A DNA stretch of 64,000 bases from Oscillospiraceae bacterium (GTDB taxonomy: Bacteria; Bacillota; Clostridia; UBA1212; SIG427): assembly GCA_015069135.1 (NCBI GenBank), contig SVJE01000006.1, positions 19,643 through 83,642 of the forward strand. Reading direction: 5' to 3'. Shown in pieces: positions 37,218-45,717 of the stretch. Below the pieces are notes generated by a model. That model made no database searches, had not been told where the DNA came from, and saw only the letters and a program-made list of their open reading frames with translations. The position numbers were made by a program, and so were the translations under genes. Within the stretch, counting starts at the first letter, position 1. Every line of letters starts with the position of its first letter.

Positions 37218-38555
37218 ATGCTAATCAAATTTAAGGTTTCAAACTTTTTGTCTTTTGAGAAAGAAGAAATATTTGATTTATCTGCCGGGAAAGGCCGAAG
37301 TTTTAATGAGCGTGTTTTACAAGATAGTAGATCAAAAATATTAAAGTTTTCTGCACTGTTTGGGGCAAATGGGTCTGGTAAATCGAATTTTGTAAAAGCA
37401 ATTCAATTTTCTAGAAGTTATATTACAAGAGGGAATAATAGAGCTACAATACAAAAATATTATAAATTAAAACACGAATATAAAGAAATGCCGTCGTTGT
37501 TTGAGTATAAAATAAAATTAAACAATTTAACCTACACATACGGTTTTAAAATTATTTTATCCAAAAATGAAATTGTAAACGAATGGTTATTTTTAAATAA
37601 TAAAAATAATGAATTGATATTTGAGCATGATAGAGCTAACAACGTTTTTAATTTGGGTAAATATTTTAAAAGCGGTAGTTTACAAGAAAAACTTAGATTA
37701 TACGCTGAGAGTTTGGACTCTGGAAATAACTCTTTATTTTTAAGTTCCATAAGCAGATATAATAATTTGTTTGCAGAATATGAAGAAGCAGTTATTCTAA
37801 GAAATGTGTATAATTGGTTTTTGAACAAATTAAAAATAAAATTTCCAGATAGATTTATTACAAATTATGCTTATTTCATGTCAGAAAAGAATCTGGATAA
37901 AGTTTTGACATTTTTTAAGGATTTTGATATTTCTATTTCTTCATATAAATTTATACAGTGTCCAAAAGAACATATTGCTATGAAATTATCAAAGGAGATT
38001 TTTGATGATTTTATTTCTACTCTCGAAAAAGACTTGTTATCTAGTGAAGATAATGAAGGTAATACGGCGATGTTTGGATTAGAAGATGATTTTTATATCG
38101 CTAAAGTTTTAAACGAACAAATTGTTTTTGAAACCATTCAGTTTTATCATGAAGAAACGGATGTTCCTTTTTCGATATCTGAAGAATCTGACGGAACAAA
38201 AAAAATACTTAAACTTTTGGAGATACTTTTTCAAGATGAGGAGGATATCGTATATATTGTAGATGAGATTGATAGATGCTTGCACCCATTATTGACTTAC
38301 AACTTTGTTAATGCATATTTAGATAAAGCAAAACAAAACAATTGTCAGTTGGTTGTTACTACTCACGAATCATTGTTATTGGATTTCAATCTTTTAAGAA
38401 AAGATGAGGTTCGAGTAGTTTCTAAAATGAATGGCAGTTCTAGAATTGAATCTATTGGAGATACCCAAATTCGTTCCGATAAAAAATTGGTAAAGGAATA
38501 TTTGCTAGGTAGTAAAGGCGTTCCTAATATAAAAGATAATGCTTTTTCAAATTAA
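37218..38555 (+). CDS. AAA_15/AAA_21 (ABC-like) family ATPase, abortive-infection type, stand-alone
   Basis: Walker A FGANGSGKSN, Walker B IVYIVDEIDRCLHP, TTHES. N-terminus KFKVSNFLSFEKEE is typical of AAA_15. TATAAT -10 and GGAG RBS upstream. No nuclease domain. Confidence 0.7.
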   Translation: MLIKFKVSNFLSFEKEEIFDLSAGKGRSFNERVLQDSRSKILKFSALFGANGSGKSNFVKAIQFSRSYITRGNNRATIQKYYKLKHEYKEMPSLFEYKIKLNNLTYTYGFKIILSKNEIVNEWLFLNNKNNELIFEHDRANNVFNLGKYFKSGSLQEKLRLYAESLDSGNNSLFLSSISRYNNLFAEYEEAVILRNVYNWFLNKLKIKFPDRFITNYAYFMSEKNLDKVLTFFKDFDISISSYKFIQCPKEHIAMKLSKEIFDDFISTLEKDLLSSEDNEGNTAMFGLEDDFYIAKVLNEQIVFETIQFYHEETDVPFSISEESDGTKKILKLLEILFQDEEDIVYIVDEIDRCLHPLLTYNFVNAYLDKAKQNNCQLVVTTHESLLLDFNLLRKDEVRVVSKMNGSSRIESIGDTQIRSDKKLVKEYLLGSKGVPNIKDNAFSN

Positions 38556-38602
38556 CACAATGGGGCTGGCTCATATAAAAATTGAGTCAGCCCTATCTTT
38601 TT

Positions 38603-38691
38603 TGGCGGAGACGGCGAGATTCGAACTCGCGTGCGATTGCTCGCAAACTGATTTCGAGTCAGCCTCGTTATGACCACTTCGATACGTCTCC
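38603..38691 (-). tRNA. tRNA-Ser (anticodon CGA)
   Basis: 89 nt with a long variable arm, anticodon loop CUCGAAA, discriminator G, encoded CCA. Confidence 0.85.
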
Positions 38692-38758
38692 ATATATATT
38701 TTACCCACAAAAAGGGCTTGCCCATTATAACACGGCAAAGCCCCTGGGTCAATTTATT

Positions 38759-39451
38759 TTACCCTTTAAGAACCCGGTCAAGCACCGGCCTTAATGTAGC
38801 TTCCATTCTGTTGTAACCTAAAAAGTTTGGATGTGTACCATCCACACTGTAATCCCAGCTCATGGACACATTGTCAGCTCCCAAAAGCTTGTCGTGGTAG
38901 TCAGCCAAAGGAATGTTTTTCTCAGCACAAATTTCCCTTAATTTAGCATTAACTTTGAATATAAGAGTGTTGACTTCCGGTGGCCAGAGAGTAGGGGTAA
39001 GAGTGCAGAAAATAACCTTCTGATTAGCTTTCTCGCACTGTTCCATAATATCCAGCCAACTGTTAACTATAGTATCATAAGCATTCTGCTCAGCAGCATA
39101 GAACTCAGGAGTAGTCTTGTCCTCAAATTCTTTAAGCACCAACATATTATTAAATCCAATAAGAACTACAACAACCTTTGGCTTAAGCTGCAGAGCATCT
39201 GCCTCAAATCTTTTAGCCAAAATGTGAGCCATATCACCGCCTATACCACGGTTAATAACCACACCATAATCTCTGAAAGTAACTCCTGTTTCCCAGAAGT
39301 GAGTAATAGAGTCACCAATAAAACAAATATCTACAGGAATTTCATTTGCATAAATAGTTCCGTTCTTTATATCAAACTCATAGCGTCTGGTATCGGCAAA
39401 AGCTCCGTCACCAAACTCACCGGGTTTAATAAGTGTACTTAAGTCAGGCAT
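38759..39451 (-). CDS. SGNH/GDSL family hydrolase
   Basis: Block I CFIGDSITHFW, block III GFNN, catalytic DGTHP. GGAGG RBS before MPDLST. Confidence 0.65.
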   Translation of the reverse strand: MPDLSTLIKPGEFGDGAFADTRRYEFDIKNGTIYANEIPVDICFIGDSITHFWETGVTFRDYGVVINRGIGGDMAHILAKRFEADALQLKPKVVVVLIGFNNMLVLKEFEDKTTPEFYAAEQNAYDTIVNSWLDIMEQCEKANQKVIFCTLTPTLWPPEVNTLIFKVNAKLREICAEKNIPLADYHDKLLGADNVSMSWDYSVDGTHPNFLGYNRMEATLRPVLDRVLKG

Positions 39452-39562
39452 AATGTACCTCCGGTAAAATATCATTCTTTCTAAAGATTATATCACTTGT
39501 CCTTTATTTTGAGAAGTTTTAGGTGTAAAATATAACTGGTTTTAATAAAGAGAGGTATTTTT

Positions 39563-39730
39563 ATGCAGTGTGAAGAATGCGTATATTACTATTACGACGA
39601 AGATTATGAAGAATACATATGTACCATGGATATGGACGAAGATGAGTATGCTGGTTTTTGCCAGCGAAACTACAAGGGTTGTCCTTACTTCAGGGACAAT
39701 GATGAATACAAGACAGCAAGAAAGCAGTAG
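39563..39730 (+). CDS. Small acidic cysteine-containing protein (55 aa), not in supplied ORF track
   Basis: RBS AGAGAGG 8 nt upstream. Translates to MQCEECVYYYYDEDYEEYICTMDMDEDEYAGFCQRNYKGCPYFRDNDEYKTARKQ. Its TAG stop is embedded in the AGGAGG RBS of the next gene. Confidence 0.35.
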   Translation: MQCEECVYYYYDEDYEEYICTMDMDEDEYAGFCQRNYKGCPYFRDNDEYKTARKQ

Positions 39731-39739
39731 GAGGAAAAT

Positions 39740-40237
39740 ATGTTCAGAGAAATGAGAAGAAAAGCCCAACTGTTGTCACATGAGGAAGCTGTTGCTATTT
39801 TGGAGAAAGGTTCTTCAGGTGTTCTGGCAGTATCAGGAGATGATGGTTATCCTTATGCAGTACCACTTAGTTATCTGTATAAGGACAATGTGATATACTT
39901 TCACTGCGCTAAGGTGGGTCATAAAATAGATGCTGTTATGAAAGAACCAAAGGTTTCCTTTTGTGTAATTGATCAGGACCAGGTGGTACCGGAGGAATAT
40001 ACTACATATTTCAGGAGTGTTATTGCTTTTGGCAAGGCTTATATTATAGAGGATGAGAAAGAAAAAATGCAGGCTATAAGGGTGCTGGCGGAGAAGTATT
40101 CTCCCGGCAGAGATGACGTGGACGTGGCTATTGCACGAGAATATGCAGGCCTTTGTATGATCAGGATGGATATTGAACATTTAGCAGGTAAAGAGGCAAT
40201 AGAGCTAAAAAAACAACATAGGGGTCTGACCCCATGA
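39740..40237 (+). CDS. Pyridoxamine 5'-phosphate oxidase-like FMN-binding protein
   Basis: GSSGVLAVSGDDGYPYAVPLSY and HCAKVGHK blocks of the PNPOx-like split barrel. Confidence 0.6.
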   Translation: MFREMRRKAQLLSHEEAVAILEKGSSGVLAVSGDDGYPYAVPLSYLYKDNVIYFHCAKVGHKIDAVMKEPKVSFCVIDQDQVVPEEYTTYFRSVIAFGKAYIIEDEKEKMQAIRVLAEKYSPGRDDVDVAIAREYAGLCMIRMDIEHLAGKEAIELKKQHRGLTP

Positions 40238-40379
40238 AAGATAGTGGTGTTTTGGGTAATATTTTTCCTCGCTGTATTTCTACGGATTCAAACATATTTT
40301 GCTATGATTACAGCCAGATGTTTGTCGAATGTTAGTTTTTTTGGGAAATAAAGCCTGCCCCCTGTCTTTGATTTCAGAA

Positions 40380-40421
40380 CGAAAAAAAGGAACTGGTTCA
40401 CGAAAATGAATCAGTTCCTTT
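40380..40421 (-). terminator. Terminator for trpB (shared convergent hairpin)
   Basis: AAGGAACTG...CAGTTCCTT hairpin with a T7 run on the minus strand. Confidence 0.6.
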
Positions 40422-40438
40422 ATCGTTATATCGATAAA

Positions 40439-41668
40439 TTATTTAATATCTCTGATACCGTAGTTCTCAAGAATATAGTCCATATCTTTGTCTCCACGAC
40501 CGGAAAGGTTAATGAGGATTGAACCGTGTTCCATGGTCTTAGCAAGTTTCATACCGTAAGCTACAGCATGGGAACTTTCAATAGCAGGAATGATACCTTC
40601 TAAACGGGCAAGTCTGAAGAATGCGTCGATTGTTTCTTCGTCATCAATAACGTCATATTTTACACGACCGATTTCCTGAAGGAATGCGTGTTCAGGACCG
40701 GATGAAGGATAGTCAAGACCGCTGGCTACTGAATAAACCGGAGCAGGTTCACCATTTTCGTCTTTTAGCATAATGCTGTTAAAACCGTGCATAACACCTT
40801 CTGTACCATATTTAAGGCTGGCAGCATGATCACCAAGTTTAGGTCCTCTTCCGAGAGGCTCAACCCCGTAAATATCAACAGGATCATTTAAGAAACCTGC
40901 GAAAAGTCCTGCTGCGTTGGAACCGCCACCCACGCAGGCAACAATTGCACTTGGTAAATGTCCTGTCATTTCAATAAACTGATCTCTTGCTTCAATACCT
41001 ACAACGCTCTGGAAATCACGAACCATCATAGGGAATGGGTGTGGTCCTAATACAGAACCGATACAGTAAATTGAATCCTTATACTCTTTACTGTAAGCAT
41101 CGAATGCAGCATCAACTGCTTCCTTAAGTGTCTTAAGTCCGTGAGTTACTTCCACAACATTAGCACCCAGAATTTTCATTCTTGCAACGTTTGGAGCTTG
41201 CTTCTTAATATCAACAGATCCCATATAAATGTCACATTCAAGACCGAAGTATGCAGCAGCAGTAGCTAAAGCAACACCATGCTGACCGGCACCTGTCTCG
41301 GCGATAATTTTCTTTTTACCCATATACTTTGCTAAAAGAGCTTCACCCATGCAGTGGTTAAGCTTGTGGGCACCTGAGTGGTTAAGGTCTTCACGCTTTG
41401 CATAAAGCTGAACCTTTCCGCCTAAAGCATCTGAAAGTCTTTCTAAGTGAGTAACCGGTGTGGGACGACCCTGGAACTCTTTTCTGATTCTGCGAAGCTC
41501 AGCAATAAATTTTCTGGATTGGCAGATAGAGTAGTAAGCTTGAGTAATTTCAGCCATGGCAGCTTTTAACTTGTCATCAATATACACACCGCCGTATTTT
41601 CCAAAGTAACCATTCTTATCAGGATAGTTCTGTAAATAAGTATCAAAATTTATTCCGTTAAATTCCAT
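40439..41668 (-). CDS. trpB: Tryptophan synthase beta chain (stand-alone, no trpA adjacent)
   Basis: PLP-Lys motif [28 protein letters not shown]. 409 aa. AGGAGG RBS. Confidence 0.8.
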   Translation of the reverse strand: MEFNGINFDTYLQNYPDKNGYFGKYGGVYIDDKLKAAMAEITQAYYSICQSRKFIAELRRIRKEFQGRPTPVTHLERLSDALGGKVQLYAKREDLNHSGAHKLNHCMGEALLAKYMGKKKIIAETGAGQHGVALATAAAYFGLECDIYMGSVDIKKQAPNVARMKILGANVVEVTHGLKTLKEAVDAAFDAYSKEYKDSIYCIGSVLGPHPFPMMVRDFQSVVGIEARDQFIEMTGHLPSAIVACVGGGSNAAGLFAGFLNDPVDIYGVEPLGRGPKLGDHAASLKYGTEGVMHGFNSIMLKDENGEPAPVYSVASGLDYPSSGPEHAFLQEIGRVKYDVIDDEETIDAFFRLARLEGIIPAIESSHAVAYGMKLAKTMEHGSILINLSGRGDKDMDYILENYGIRDIK

Positions 41669-41761
41669 TTTTATTTCCTCCTTTAAGGTTTATATATAAA
41701 TTGAATATTTGTTTTGTTTTAGTGACAGCCTCGCCATCGTTTAGATAATAACATTTTTATC

Positions 41762-42045
41762 TCCTCCTGTAAAATAAAACGTCCTTAACAGACGTTTCTT
41801 GTCTGTCAAGGACGAATAACTCTTTATCCGCGGTGCCACCTTGAATTCACAATAACTTGTGCGCTTTTTAAGATACCAACATATCCCCGGCAACTGACGT
41901 GTGCCTTACGTTGCAGAATACTTTGTGAAATATAATCACATTTGACTGCACCCTCCGCGGTCCATTTGACAACTTGTTTCTTACCTGACTCTCAGCATCA
42001 CAGGCTCTCTGTAAGGGCATCATTGCCGTTATCTCCGCATCAACG
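41762..42045 (-). promoter_or_regulatory. T-box leader (tRNA-Trp specifier) controlling trpB
   Basis: Minus strand carries the T-box sequence AAGGTGGCACCGCGG and AGAGAG (GA motif). Putative specifier AAAUGGA (UGG=Trp). Terminator CGTCCTTGACAGAC...GTCTGTTAAGGACG followed by TTTTATTTT competes with the antiterminator. Confidence 0.7.
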
Positions 42046-42239
42046 GTTTATAATATATACTTATGTAGAAAAATATATCACTGTGAGTATGGTTTGTCAA
42101 GAGTGGGACATGCCGTTAGAATAAAACCATACAGTGTTTTAATGATTTTGGCGAAAATCACTGTATGTTTTAGCTTCTTTTTTGCAAATTCACACAGTGT
42201 TTTTTAAAAAAGCTAATAAACACTGTATGGTGCAATACT

Positions 42240-42470
42240 TGCAACCCTCTCGGGTCCGAATCGGTCCGCTGATGCAGCGTACCTGAAGGCCACAACGCTG
42301 ATGCAGCGTACCTGAAGGGTTCGTCGTCCGTTCACGAAAGTGAACGTCCTAACTGCTTGAAGCATAGCTTCTGCGCGATGTCGTGGCGGCAACTGCCACC
42401 GGCAGTTATCGTAATCCACGACACCCTCACGGGTCCGAATCCCTTCATCGTGAACACAATAAAAAAATCA
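42240..42470. repeat. Structured repeat region containing tRNA-Arg 3'-end-derived direct repeats
   Basis: CGCTGATGCAGCGTACCTGAAGG occurs twice in tandem (42278-42321). GCGTACCTGAAGGG matches 14 nt of the tRNA-Arg 3' end 180 bp away. Two GGGTCCGAATC(C/G) units are present. Nested inverted repeats. Confidence 0.5.
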
Positions 42471-42497
42471 CCGTCTCCGATGAGACGGTGATTTCTT
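42462..42497 (-). terminator. Terminator after tRNA-Gly/tRNA-Arg
   Basis: ATCACCGTCTC-atcg-GAGACGGTGAT followed by T7 on the minus strand. Confidence 0.7.
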
Positions 42498-42574
<77 letters not shown>

Positions 42575-42578
42575 AAAA

Positions 42579-42652
42579 TGGAGCGGGTGAAGGGAATCGA
42601 ACCCTCACGACCAGCTTGGAAGGCTGGGGTTCTACCATTGAACTACACCCGC
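42579..42652 (-). tRNA. tRNA-Gly (anticodon TCC)
   Basis: 74-nt cloverleaf, anticodon loop CUUCCAA, T-loop TTCGATT, encoded CCA. Confidence 0.85.
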
Positions 42653-42676
42653 TCGTGTGTCCTAAGGACGAATGAC

Positions 42677-42705
42677 ATTATACCCAATAAAAACGGCAAT
42701 GTCAA
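42677..42705 (-). promoter_or_regulatory. Consensus sigma-A promoter for tRNA-Gly/Arg
   Basis: Minus strand TTGACA, 17-bp spacer, TATAAT, about 25 nt upstream of the tRNA-Gly 5' end. Confidence 0.65.
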
Positions 42706-42826
42706 TACAAAAATAAAAATATTTTTTGTAAAATAAATGACAAAATTTCATTGAAATAAATTTGCCGATATAGTAACATAAACCTATAGAAAATATATCG
42801 TATATAAGTAGAAGGAGAATTATATT

Positions 42827-44527
42827 ATGATACCAAGACCTGAACATCCCAATCCTCAGTTTGAGAGAGAAAATTGGATTAACTTAAACGGAGAATGGGA
42901 GTTTGAATTAGATTTATCAAACAGTGGTTACCATAGAAATTATGGAGCTGAAGATAAGCACTTTAAAGATAAGATAATAGTACCTTTCTGTCCTGAAAGT
43001 AAATTGTCGGGCATTGGGTATACAGACTTTATTCCGGCTTGCTGGTACAGAAAAGATATTGAGCTAGGCAAAACTCCGGAAGATACAGATATTATAATCC
43101 ATGTCGGAGCCTGTGATTACGAATCAAGAATATTTGTAAACGGTATTATGGTAGGAGGTCATATAGGAGGTTATACATCATACAGTTGTAATATAACAGA
43201 TTTTGTAAGAGAAGGAAACAACTGCATAATAATCAGTGTTGAAGACGACACCAGAAGTCCTATGCAGGCAAGAGGCAAACAGAGTGAAAACTATTATTCC
43301 CATGGATGTGACTATACAAGAACAACGGGGGTGTGGCAGACAATATGGCTTGAATATGTGCCAAAAACAAGAGTAGAATGGGTGAAATTTTATCCTAATA
43401 TAAATGGAAGCGTAAATATCCAGGCAAAAGTAACAGGACAGGATGTACTGAGTATTAAAGCATACTTCGATGGAAAACTTATGGGTGAATGTACAGAAAA
43501 AGCAGCGGGCGTTGTAGACCTTCACATAGACCTTGCAGAAACACATCTTTGGGAGGTTGGTAACGGCAGACTTTATGATGTGGAAATTACATTCGGTAGA
43601 GATAAAGTAAAATCATATTTTGGTCTCAGAAATATCAGAATTGAAGGAAAGAAAGTTCTTATCAATGAAAAGAAAGTATTCCATCGTCTGGTACTTGATC
43701 AGGGCTTCTATCCTGATGGTATTTACACAGCCCCTACAGAAGAAGATATGATTAAAGATATTCGGATTTCTTTGGATGCAGGTTTCAACGGTGCAAGACT
43801 TCACCAGAAGACTTTTGAACCAAGATTTTTGTATCATTGCGATAAAATGGGTTACATAGTTTGGGGTGAATATGGTAACTGGGGCGCTGATCATTCAGAT
43901 TTCAACATTATGGCAGATTACATCCAAGGGTGGATAGAGCAAGTGAACAGAGATTTTAACCATCCTTCAATTGTTACATGGTGTCCGTTTAACGAAACCT
44001 GGGACTATGCCGGAAGAAGACAAAATAGCAAAATTTTAGCAGACATTTACTTCATTACAAAGGCAATTGATCAGACAAGACCTTGCGTTGATACCAGCGG
44101 TAACTTTCACGTGATTACTGATATTTTTGACCTTCACGATTACGAACAGAATCCGGTTGTTATGAAAGAGCGTTTTGAACCATTTAAAAATGGTGGTATG
44201 CCATATGATCATGAAGGTCATAGACAGCGTTATGGTGGTCAGCCTTTTAATATGAGTGAGTATGGCGGAATTAAGTGGTCTGATGAAAAAGACGGAGCCT
44301 GGGGTTATGGTGATGCTCCTAAGACGGAAGCGGAATTTATTGAGAGATATCGTGGTCTTACAGATGTATTTCTGGATAATCCTAACTGCTACGGTTTTTG
44401 TTACACTCAGCTTTACGATGTAGAACAGGAACAGAACGGGCTTTATCGTTACGATAGAACACCAAAATTCGACATGAATATTTTCAAAGAGATTAACGGT
44501 AAAAAGGCCGCTTACGAGGAAACGTAA
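42827..44527 (+). CDS. Glycoside hydrolase family 2 protein (sugar-binding, Ig-like and TIM-barrel domains)
   Basis: GH2 N-terminal jelly roll (WYRKDIEL, DYESRIFVNG). TIM-barrel blocks FNGARLHQKTFEPRFLYHCDKMGYIVWGE and TWCPFNET. No signal peptide. Confidence 0.7.
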   Translation: MIPRPEHPNPQFERENWINLNGEWEFELDLSNSGYHRNYGAEDKHFKDKIIVPFCPESKLSGIGYTDFIPACWYRKDIELGKTPEDTDIIIHVGACDYESRIFVNGIMVGGHIGGYTSYSCNITDFVREGNNCIIISVEDDTRSPMQARGKQSENYYSHGCDYTRTTGVWQTIWLEYVPKTRVEWVKFYPNINGSVNIQAKVTGQDVLSIKAYFDGKLMGECTEKAAGVVDLHIDLAETHLWEVGNGRLYDVEITFGRDKVKSYFGLRNIRIEGKKVLINEKKVFHRLVLDQGFYPDGIYTAPTEEDMIKDIRISLDAGFNGARLHQKTFEPRFLYHCDKMGYIVWGEYGNWGADHSDFNIMADYIQGWIEQVNRDFNHPSIVTWCPFNETWDYAGRRQNSKILADIYFITKAIDQTRPCVDTSGNFHVITDIFDLHDYEQNPVVMKERFEPFKNGGMPYDHEGHRQRYGGQPFNMSEYGGIKWSDEKDGAWGYGDAPKTEAEFIERYRGLTDVFLDNPNCYGFCYTQLYDVEQEQNGLYRYDRTPKFDMNIFKEINGKKAAYEET

Positions 44528-44528
44528 A

Positions 44529-45677
44529 ATGAAAAGATTATTGGTAAAAGTTCTGGTTTTTACATTGGTTTTGTGTAATTTGTTTACACACATCTCCTGC
44601 AACGCAAATCTTGCAGGAGATGTAAATAGTGACGGCAAAATATCAACAGTTGATTATTTTATCATTAAAAAATATGTTTTAGGCGTAAAAGAGCTTACAA
44701 ACAATCAACTGTCCAGGGCAGATTCCGATGGTGATGGAAAAATAGACCAGGCTGATTTTATAGCACTTAAACCTATTCCACAGGACAACTCATCAGCTAC
44801 AATATATCAACTGTCTACATCAGACGACGCACTGATGATGTCCTATCTGATAGTAACCGGTAATGGAAATGTTATTATGATAGATGGTGGCATGACCGGG
44901 TCGTCATCCTATAATATTCTTTACAATCAACTGAAGAGATATGGGAAAATAAAGGACAGAGACAATGTTGTTGATGCGTGGATTTTCACACACCCTCATA
45001 ATGACCATGTGAAAGCATTTTGTTATATTTGGCAGCAACATCCGGAACTTGAAATCAAAAACTTTTATTACAACTTCCCCACAGAGCAGGAAATATTGGC
45101 TATGCCAAAAGAAGAACATGTATACACAGAAGATCTTGCTTTCTTTATAAACACATTTAATAAAAACAAGGAAAGCGACACCGCTTTCGATGAATATCCA
45201 GAAGTACAAGAGGGAGATAGCTTTACCATTGACGGAGTTAAATTTGAGATTTTGCAGACATATGAATCATGGAGTTCTCTTTGTAAAAACGTAGACGACA
45301 GTTCCATGGTTGTTAAAATGACAGCGGGAGGCCAGAGCGTTCTGTTCCTGGGAGACTTAAGAGAAGATGGTGGTAAAATTCTTCTGGAAAAATACAGTGA
45401 CGAACTTAAATCTGATATTGTACAAATGTCCCGTCACGGCCAGAACGGAGTAGAGAAAGAGGTTTATGAAGCTATAAATCCACAAATTTGTTTGTGGCCA
45501 ACACCTTTGTGGGTATGGGAATCCAATGTCAGCACTAAAGAAATAAAAGGATGGATGCAGGATATAGGTGTAAAATATCACAACACCATGAGGGAAGGTT
45601 GGATGGATGAGAAATATAATTCTCTCAATTTATCCGAAAATAGTATAGCAATTCCATGTGAATATGTGGTAAAATAA
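44529..45677 (+). CDS. Secreted MBL-fold hydrolase with N-terminal dockerin
   Basis: Signal peptide. Dockerin GDVNSDGKISTVDY...DSDGDGKIDQADF. HxHxDH motif FTHPHNDH. Confidence 0.65.
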   Translation: MKRLLVKVLVFTLVLCNLFTHISCNANLAGDVNSDGKISTVDYFIIKKYVLGVKELTNNQLSRADSDGDGKIDQADFIALKPIPQDNSSATIYQLSTSDDALMMSYLIVTGNGNVIMIDGGMTGSSSYNILYNQLKRYGKIKDRDNVVDAWIFTHPHNDHVKAFCYIWQQHPELEIKNFYYNFPTEQEILAMPKEEHVYTEDLAFFINTFNKNKESDTAFDEYPEVQEGDSFTIDGVKFEILQTYESWSSLCKNVDDSSMVVKMTAGGQSVLFLGDLREDGGKILLEKYSDELKSDIVQMSRHGQNGVEKEVYEAINPQICLWPTPLWVWESNVSTKEIKGWMQDIGVKYHNTMREGWMDEKYNSLNLSENSIAIPCEYVVK

Positions 45678-45717
45678 ATTATTACGAAAGAAATTGTTTG
45701 TTTAAGGAGTTTTTTAT

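Noticed and set aside
38552-38794. Two small ORFs (66 and 70 aa) on both strands
   Set aside because: Both overlap tRNA-Ser.
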